A stretch of 34,422 bases of DNA. It comes from Alphaproteobacteria bacterium. Its GTDB lineage: Bacteria > Pseudomonadota > Alphaproteobacteria > UBA2966 > CAIVPW01. Under the pieces are notes generated by a model, which was not told the DNA's origin, ran no database searches, and saw only the letters and a list, made by a program, of their open reading frames with translations. The position numbers were made by a program, and so were the translations under genes. Of the stretch, positions 18,373 through 24,778 are shown in pieces. The DNA lies in NCBI GenBank assembly GCA_047517625.1, contig JAKZSO010000074.1, positions 1 to 34,422 on the forward strand. The letters run 5' to 3'. Numbering within the stretch: position 1 is the stretch's first letter; every line of letters starts with the position of its first letter.

Positions 18373-19155
18373 ATGGTTGAATTCAAGCTTCCCAAGAATT
18401 CGAGAATTGGCGAGGGCAACACGTTCCCGGCGCCGCAAGGTGCTGTCAACGTCAAGACCTTCAAAGTTTACCGGTGGAACCCCGACGGCAATGCCAACCC
18501 GACTTTGGACAGCTTTGATGTGGATTTGGACGCCTGTGGGCCGATGGTTTTGGATGCGCTGAACCACATCAAAGACGAAACGGATTCGACCCTGACGTTT
18601 CGCAAGTCCTGCCGCGAAGGCGTGTGCGGCAGCTGCTCCATGAACATCGATGGCACAAACACGTTGGCCTGCACAAAGCCCACCAGTGATGTGAAGGGCG
18701 ATGTCCACATCTATCCCCTGCCCCATCTGCCAGTGGTGAAAGACTTGGTCGGCGATCTGACGAATTTTTACGCCCAGTACGCGTCGATCGGGCCGTGGCT
18801 GCGGGCCGACACGGCCGCCCCACCGCGGCGGGAACGCCTGCAAAGCCCGGAAGACCGGGCAAAATTGGATGGCCTGTGGGAATGCATTTTGTGCGCCTGT
18901 TGTTCCACAAGCTGCCCCAGCTATTGGTGGAATTCGGACCGCTTTCTCGGCCCGGCAACATTGCTGCAATCTTATCGCTGGATTTTAGACTCCCGTGACG
19001 AGCACACGGGCGAGCGCTTGGATCACCTAGAAGATCCCTACCGCCTGTATCGATGCCACACCATTTTGAATTGTTCCGTCACCTGCCCCAAGGGTCTGAA
19101 CCCGGCCAAGGCCATCGCCGAAATCAAAAAATTAATGGTCGAACGGCGCGCCTGA
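18373..19155 (+). CDS. sdhB: succinate dehydrogenase iron-sulfur subunit
   Basis: Three Cys clusters are present: [21 protein letters not shown] and [12 protein letters not shown]. Confidence 0.95.
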   Translation: MVEFKLPKNSRIGEGNTFPAPQGAVNVKTFKVYRWNPDGNANPTLDSFDVDLDACGPMVLDALNHIKDETDSTLTFRKSCREGVCGSCSMNIDGTNTLACTKPTSDVKGDVHIYPLPHLPVVKDLVGDLTNFYAQYASIGPWLRADTAAPPRRERLQSPEDRAKLDGLWECILCACCSTSCPSYWWNSDRFLGPATLLQSYRWILDSRDEHTGERLDHLEDPYRLYRCHTILNCSVTCPKGLNPAKAIAEIKKLMVERRA

Positions 19156-19230
19156 CTAGCCGCAGCTATTCGGTGCGGCAGCCCATGATCCGGTGCAGAA
19201 CCTGAAGGGTGATGACGCGACGCCCATAGA

Positions 19231-20040
19231 TCACCAAATAAAGGACTCCATGGTCACGGTTGATGTGGACTGCTTTCCACGATCAATGCCACTGAACACG
19301 AACACCGAGTCTATGCCCGACTTCGATGCCCCGGCAATATCCGTTGTCAAACTGTCGCCCACCGCCAGCAATCTTCGCTTGGGAATGCCGGGCATCAGCA
19401 ATTGGCAAGCGGCATAGGCGCCAGCGTCCGGTTTGCCGTGGTATCGAACCGGGCCGCCGATCGCCTCGTAGGCGGCGGCCACCGCGCCAGCGCAGGGAAT
19501 TCGCCGGTCCCCGCGCAGCACAACCCGATCGGGATTGGCGCAGATCATGGGGGTGCCGCGCGTTTTAGCCGCGGCCAACATTTGGGCGTAATCGGCCTCG
19601 GTTTCCAACTCGTCGTCGAACAACCCGGTGTTCAAAATGAAATCGCAATCGCCGAGGGACGGTACACGGTCGTATGGCAAACCATCCAACAATCCCCAAT
19701 CCCGCTCCGGCCCCAAATGGTAAAAGGTTGGCCCCAGAGACTGATGCCAGGCATCGGGTTTGCTCAGCGTCGCCCGGGTCAAATCCCCAGAGGTCACGAT
19801 CCCATCGTACGCGTCCGGTGGTATTCCAAAACCCGCGACCTGTTCCGCCACCGATGCCGCCCGCCTGGGGGCGTTTGACAACAAAACCAAGCGCCATTCG
19901 GCGGCCCTCAGGTGCCGGAGACAATCAACGGCGCCTGCCATTGGCCGCTCGCCATCGTGCAGCACGCCCCACAAATCCAGGATCGCGCCATCGTAGCGGT
20001 CGGCCAGCGCCTTCATTCCGGCCAATTGTTGTGGAGCCAT
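19231..20040 (-). CDS. HAD-superfamily subfamily IIA hydrolase (TIGR01459-like)
   Basis: DLWGVLHDG (motif I), LLSNAPR (motif II) and a C-terminal GDSLTTDI (motif IV). The ATG directly abuts the stop of the upstream EAL gene. Confidence 0.8.
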   Translation of the reverse strand: MAPQQLAGMKALADRYDGAILDLWGVLHDGERPMAGAVDCLRHLRAAEWRLVLLSNAPRRAASVAEQVAGFGIPPDAYDGIVTSGDLTRATLSKPDAWHQSLGPTFYHLGPERDWGLLDGLPYDRVPSLGDCDFILNTGLFDDELETEADYAQMLAAAKTRGTPMICANPDRVVLRGDRRIPCAGAVAAAYEAIGGPVRYHGKPDAGAYAACQLLMPGIPKRRLLAVGDSLTTDIAGASKSGIDSVFVFSGIDRGKQSTSTVTMESFIW

Positions 20041-21224
20041 TTAGGGCTGGTCCCGCACCGGCATTGGCTCGCCGAACAAAAATCCCTGGCCAAAATCGAC
20101 GTTGAACTCCAACAACCCGACAACCTCCGGTTCTTGTTCGACCTTTTCAGCGATCAGATCGATTCCGGCCCGTTTCATGGCCTCTTTTAGATCAGCAATA
20201 TGAATGGGCATTGTTGACTGGGTCTTGTCCGACAGCAACTTGCCGGCCTCGATTTTTACCAACCGGAACCGACGTTCTGTGAGCGTATCAAAATCCATTT
20301 CAAGGGCGTTGACGTTGTCCATGGAAAAGCTGAAACCCAGAGCGCGCAGTTCTGCAAGCCTCGGCGCAATGTCTGGGTTTTCGGCATCCCGTTGGCTCAA
20401 CTCAAACACCAAGGCTTCGGCCAAATCAGAATTGCGCCCCAAGAACTCCGTCAGTTGTGGGAAAAATTCTTGGTCCGCCAGCGCGTGGCGAGAAAGATTG
20501 CAGAAGAACCCCACCTCCAACTTGTCCCGGCGCACCCGGCGCACAAGTTGGATGCACCGGAACAGCAGGAAATTGTCGATGGTCGCGATCAAGCCTTGGG
20601 CGGCGGCTACCTCCAAGTACTGCTGAGGCAAAATGACCGTGCCATCTTCGTGGCGGATGCGGCTGAAGACTTCGTAGTAGCGAACCTTGCGCTGGGGCAA
20701 ACTAACCACCCGCTGCAAATACAAATCCACCCTATTTTTTCCAATCCGACCCGGATGATGTCCAGAATTTCCGCTGGGCTGAAATCCTCCGCCGAAATTT
20801 GTGGGGCGACGTCCTCGGTCATTGCGTCCGGGCGGCCGGGGGAACGTTTGTCCGTCAGTTTTTTTAACAGGCCTCTAATCACCCGCATTTCGCCAACGAC
20901 ATCGGTTTGGCCGCCAGATCCCTGGCCAATTCCCACGGTCGCCCGGACGTCGTCAATTTTGGTTTGGATGCGGGATATTTTTTTCTCCATGGCAGCTTGG
21001 GATTTGGCCAGGTCAGCCAAAGCCGCCGCGGCGGTGCGTCTCTGGGCCCTGGCGGAGACCGTTTCGTGAACCCAAATCAGGCCGAAGAAAACGCCCGCAC
21101 CCACCGCCAAGCCCACGCTGGAGCCCGCATCCTCATTCCATTGCAAGGTCATGACCGCCGAGGCGCCGGCGGCGAAAAGATAGGCGGCGAGCGCCAGGAA
21201 GTGAAAAAACCCATTGTTTTTCAT
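20041..21224 (-). pseudogene. membrane-anchored coiled-coil EAL-domain protein interrupted by a single frameshift at an A6/T6 run
   Basis: The N-terminal ORF (21224-20607) has 2 TM segments, a coiled coil and ..AEILDIIRVGLEK. The EAL domain continues in the -1 frame from about 20738 (NRVDLYLQRVVSLPQRKVRYYEVFSRIR...GQGFLFGEP) to the stop at 20041. One extra A in the run at 20735-20740 would restore a 394-aa protein. Confidence 0.8.
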
Positions 21225-22282
21225 CGCGACACGACCCCGGTTCCCACCGCGGCCTCAACGGAAGAACACCCGTCTCGACCCAAGAGCGCCGCCAGTTCCG
21301 TGTGGATGCGCCCGATCAATCCCGGGCCATTGTAGACAAGCGCGGTGTAAAGTTCGGTCAACGATGCCCCCGCGCGTATTTTTTCGTAAACGTCTGCACC
21401 GGACGAAATCCCGCCAACCCCGATCAATGTCACCCGGCCCTCGGTCAGGCGGTATATGTCGGCCAACACCCGGGTACTCAGTGAAAACAGCGGCGCGCCG
21501 CTCAATCCACCCGCTTGCCCCGCATGGCGGCTTCGCAATTTGTCTCGAAGCCCAACGCTGGTGTTGCCGACCACAAGCCCGTCGATCGATCGATCCAACG
21601 CCACCCGGGCAATGCCTTCGCACCCTGCCGGGTCAAGGTCCGGGGCGATTTTCACCAACACCGGTGTTTTTGTTCCGGCGGCGTCTCGCGCCCCCAGTAC
21701 CGCCTGAACCAAGGCATCCAAAGGTTCTGGTTCTTGCATGTCACGAAGCCCGGGTGTGTTCGGAGACGAAACATTGACCACAAGAAAATCCACCAACGGT
21801 GCCAGGGTTTGCGCACATTGGGCGCAGTCGGCCGGGGCATCAGCGGAGTCCCGATTGGGTCCAATGTTGGCGCCGATGATGCCGGAATTTTTTTGCCGCC
21901 TGGCCAACCGGGTTGCGGCGAACTCCAAGCCATTGTTGTTGAACCCCATGCGGTTGATGACCGCCCGGTCAGACGTCAGACGAAACAGGCGGGGTTTCCG
22001 ATTGCCCCCATGGGGCCGCATGGTCACCGTCCCGACTTCGACAAATCCCACACCGAAACGCAAAAATGCGTCCGCGACTTCGGCGTTCTTGTCGTATCCG
22101 GCGGCAAGCCCCAACGGGCTGGAGAATTTCAACCCCATGGCCAGCGTTGCCAGGTTGGCCGGCGTTCTAAGGCCACCGGGCGGTGCCAACCCGGTTTTTA
22201 GAGCGTTGATTGTGATCGCGTGGGCGGCCTCGGGGCCCAGGATGCGCAAGGCCCGGGCGCCCAGGTCAAAGAAGCTTGCCAA
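21221..22282 (-). CDS. pyrD: dihydroorotate dehydrogenase (quinone), class 2
   Basis: The N-terminal LGPEAAH helix, GFVEVGTVT, GANIGPN and NVSSPNTPGLR motifs are present. TTG start at 22282 with AGGA upstream. The stop overlaps the EAL gene start (ATGA at 21221-21224). Confidence 0.9.
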   Translation of the reverse strand: MASFFDLGARALRILGPEAAHAITINALKTGLAPPGGLRTPANLATLAMGLKFSSPLGLAAGYDKNAEVADAFLRFGVGFVEVGTVTMRPHGGNRKPRLFRLTSDRAVINRMGFNNNGLEFAATRLARRQKNSGIIGANIGPNRDSADAPADCAQCAQTLAPLVDFLVVNVSSPNTPGLRDMQEPEPLDALVQAVLGARDAAGTKTPVLVKIAPDLDPAGCEGIARVALDRSIDGLVVGNTSVGLRDKLRSRHAGQAGGLSGAPLFSLSTRVLADIYRLTEGRVTLIGVGGISSGADVYEKIRAGASLTELYTALVYNGPGLIGRIHTELAALLGRDGCSSVEAAVGTGVVSR

Positions 22283-22970
22283 TTTCTTTTTCCTGGTCCG
22301 GGATTTCTACGGGTCCGACACACCCTGGGTCGTCGTTGGCCGAAGAATTAACGCGCTTGGAAATCGGATAGACGACAAAGTCTTTATCTTTTCCGGGCAT
22401 AGTCATGTCGGACAGTTCCTGATCGCTCGGTTCTGCTTTGCCAAGCCACCGAGCAATTTCGTCCGGGGCCAGGATGACCGGCATTCGGTGATGAATGGGT
22501 AGGACCAAATCACTGGCCGCGGTTGTCAAAATTGTGAATGACAGAAGAGGAGGCCCACCTTGGGGCTCCTGCCAAGATTCCCATAACCCGGCGAAACAAA
22601 ATGCGCTTTGGTCTTGTTTGCGGAATAAATGCGGCTGCCGTCCATCGCTTGTGACGGTCCATTCATAAAAACCGTCAGCAAGCACAAGGCACCGGCGGCG
22701 GTACGCCGACCGAAACGAAGCAACCTTCGTGATGGTTTCCGCCCTAGCGTTTATGAGAGGTTTTCCGGTGGGGCCGTGGCGCGAATCGCCGGGTACAAAG
22801 CCCCATCGCATGAGTTCTAATTTTCTGGAACCTGCATCCGATCGGTACACGACTGGCGCTTGGTCGGTGGGGCAAATATTGTACCGCGCCGGGAAATTCG
22901 GAGACCCCATCGCGCCGAAAATTTGGCGCAATGCCTCTGGTGGTGAGGTTAGCTTGTATCGACCGCACAT
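22266..22970 (-). CDS. yedK: SOS-response-associated peptidase (SRAP/YedK family, abasic-site DNA-protein crosslink former)
   Basis: The N-terminal MCGRY (catalytic Cys2), RYNICPT, MRWGF and FYEW motifs are present. The 3' end overlaps the pyrD start by 17 nt. Confidence 0.85.
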   Translation of the reverse strand: MCGRYKLTSPPEALRQIFGAMGSPNFPARYNICPTDQAPVVYRSDAGSRKLELMRWGFVPGDSRHGPTGKPLINARAETITKVASFRSAYRRRCLVLADGFYEWTVTSDGRQPHLFRKQDQSAFCFAGLWESWQEPQGGPPLLSFTILTTAASDLVLPIHHRMPVILAPDEIARWLGKAEPSDQELSDMTMPGKDKDFVVYPISKRVNSSANDDPGCVGPVEIPDQEKEIGKLL

Positions 22971-23020
22971 CGGACTACATTTGGCCAGACCAGTAAACGC
23001 GCCGCACCATGCGTAGCGGC

Positions 23021-24601
23021 TTATCCAACGAGCTGCCCATCGCGGCCACGTTCAATCAGCTCGATCGATTCGGCGATACCGTATAGGGCGATCACCGAAC
23101 CCATCCGCGGCCCCTGGGTCTGGCCAAACAACACCTCGTACAAGGCCTTGAACCAATCCCGCAGATTGTCGTATCCGTTTTCCCGGCCAACCGAATAGAC
23201 CTCGCTTTGAATGTCCTCTGGCGCCGCGTCTTTTGGAATTGCCCGCAGGGCCGTTACCAGATCATCCATCGCCTTTTGTTCCTGGGCGTCGGGCGCCCGG
23301 TGGGCCTTGGTCGGTACAATGAAATCCCGGTAGTAGCGAATGGCATATGCCACCATCTGGTCCAAGATCGGATTAGACTGTGGCGACGCCCCCGGCGCAT
23401 AGCGACCCAGAAATCCCCAAAGCACTGCTTCGTCATCGGTATTGCAGGCACTGACCAAGTTAAGCAGCATCGCGAACGTCACCGGGACCTTTTCGTTTGG
23501 CGGCGACCCCCGGTGAATAAACCACGCCGGGTTGGCAAGTTGCTCCTTTGGTGCCTGTTCCCGAAATTTCGACAGGTGGCTCAGATACTCGTCCAACGTT
23601 TTCGGGATGATATCGAAAAACAAGCGCTTGGCCCGGCGCGGCGATTGGAACATGTAGAGCTGCAAACTCTCCGGCGAAGCGTATGACAACCACTCATCGA
23701 TGGTTAGGCCGTTGCCTTTGGTCTTGGAAATCTTCTCGCCATTCTCGTCCAGAAATAGCTCGAAGGTGAACGACTCCGGCGGCTGGCCGCCCAAAACCCC
23801 ACAAATGCGGCTGGATAAGCGCACCGAATCGATCAAATCCTTTCCCGACATTTCGTAATCAATGCCCAGAGCCACCCAGCGCATCGCCCAATCGGCTTTC
23901 CATTGGAGCTTGCAGCGGCCGCCGGTCACCGGGGTCTCGGTCACCGTGCCGTCTTCTTCGACGTATTCCAACGTGCCGGCGTCCGGATGAAGGTTCGTCA
24001 CTGCGGCCTGCAGCACTTTTCCCGACACCTGGCTGACTGGCAGGAAGGGGCTGTACGTGGCGCGGCGCTTTTCTCCCAGGGTCGGGGCAACGATATCCAC
24101 GATCTCCTGGTGGTGTTCCAACACCCGCCGCATTGTGTTGTCGAACCGCCCGGACTGGTAGCACTCGGTGGCCGAAACGAATTCGTACTCGAAGCCGAAC
24201 CGGTCAAGGAACGCGCGCAACCGCGCATTGTTGTGGTGGGCAAAACTTTCATGGGTACCAAACGGGTCCGGAACCTGACTCAGGGGTTTGCCGATGTGGG
24301 GCCGGAGCGTTTCCCCGTTGGGGATATTCACCGGGATCCCGCGCAACCCATCCATGTCATCGGAAAACGCGATTAGTCGGCTGGGCATCTCGGAAATGAC
24401 GGAGAACGCCTGGCGGACCATGGCCGTGCGCGCGACCTCGCCGAAGGTCCCGATGTGGGGTAAGCCAGACGGCCCATATCCTGTCTGGAACAAGACCTCC
24501 GGAGCCGCTGACGGTGAATTTTCCAAGCGCTTGGCGAGTTTAACCGCTTCGCGGAACGGCCAGGCGCTGCTGGACATGGCAATTTCGGAAATGCTGGGCA
24601 T
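23021..24601 (-). CDS. lysK: class I lysine--tRNA ligase
   Basis: The HIGH-type motif (PSGLPHIGTFGEV) and KMSKS-type motif (KISKTKGNG) are in the class I LysRS arrangement. The 526-aa length is typical of the alphaproteobacterial enzyme. Confidence 0.85.
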   Translation of the reverse strand: MPSISEIAMSSSAWPFREAVKLAKRLENSPSAAPEVLFQTGYGPSGLPHIGTFGEVARTAMVRQAFSVISEMPSRLIAFSDDMDGLRGIPVNIPNGETLRPHIGKPLSQVPDPFGTHESFAHHNNARLRAFLDRFGFEYEFVSATECYQSGRFDNTMRRVLEHHQEIVDIVAPTLGEKRRATYSPFLPVSQVSGKVLQAAVTNLHPDAGTLEYVEEDGTVTETPVTGGRCKLQWKADWAMRWVALGIDYEMSGKDLIDSVRLSSRICGVLGGQPPESFTFELFLDENGEKISKTKGNGLTIDEWLSYASPESLQLYMFQSPRRAKRLFFDIIPKTLDEYLSHLSKFREQAPKEQLANPAWFIHRGSPPNEKVPVTFAMLLNLVSACNTDDEAVLWGFLGRYAPGASPQSNPILDQMVAYAIRYYRDFIVPTKAHRAPDAQEQKAMDDLVTALRAIPKDAAPEDIQSEVYSVGRENGYDNLRDWFKALYEVLFGQTQGPRMGSVIALYGIAESIELIERGRDGQLVG

Positions 24602-24778
24602 GCGGGTTTTTGGCTCGGCGGCAGCGGCAGTACGAAATTAGAGCACTATCCCGCCCTAGGGAATCACTTTGATCCAAGACCGGGGAAATTCGGCCGGCGC
24701 CAACCGCAAACTCTATAATGGGGGATGACCCCCGATTCCGATCCAGCCCGGTCCCCCATTTACACAGCCGAAACCCCA

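Noticed and set aside
20728-20745. Programmed -1 ribosomal frameshifting at the A6 run in the EAL gene.
   Set aside because: The zero-frame context GAA AAA ATA does not form an X XXY YYZ slippery heptamer. I see no obvious downstream stimulatory hairpin or pseudoknot. The other frameshifts in the window also sit at T/A runs, which favours a technical or mutational origin.
24602-24778. An SOS (LexA) operator upstream of the DinG-like helicase, and likewise upstream of the SRAP gene at 22971-23020.
   Set aside because: No GTTC-N7-GTTC / GAAC-N7-GAAC alphaproteobacterial LexA box is present. The only features are a perfect TATAAT (24714-24719) without a convincing -35, and a weak GAATcactttGATC look-alike.
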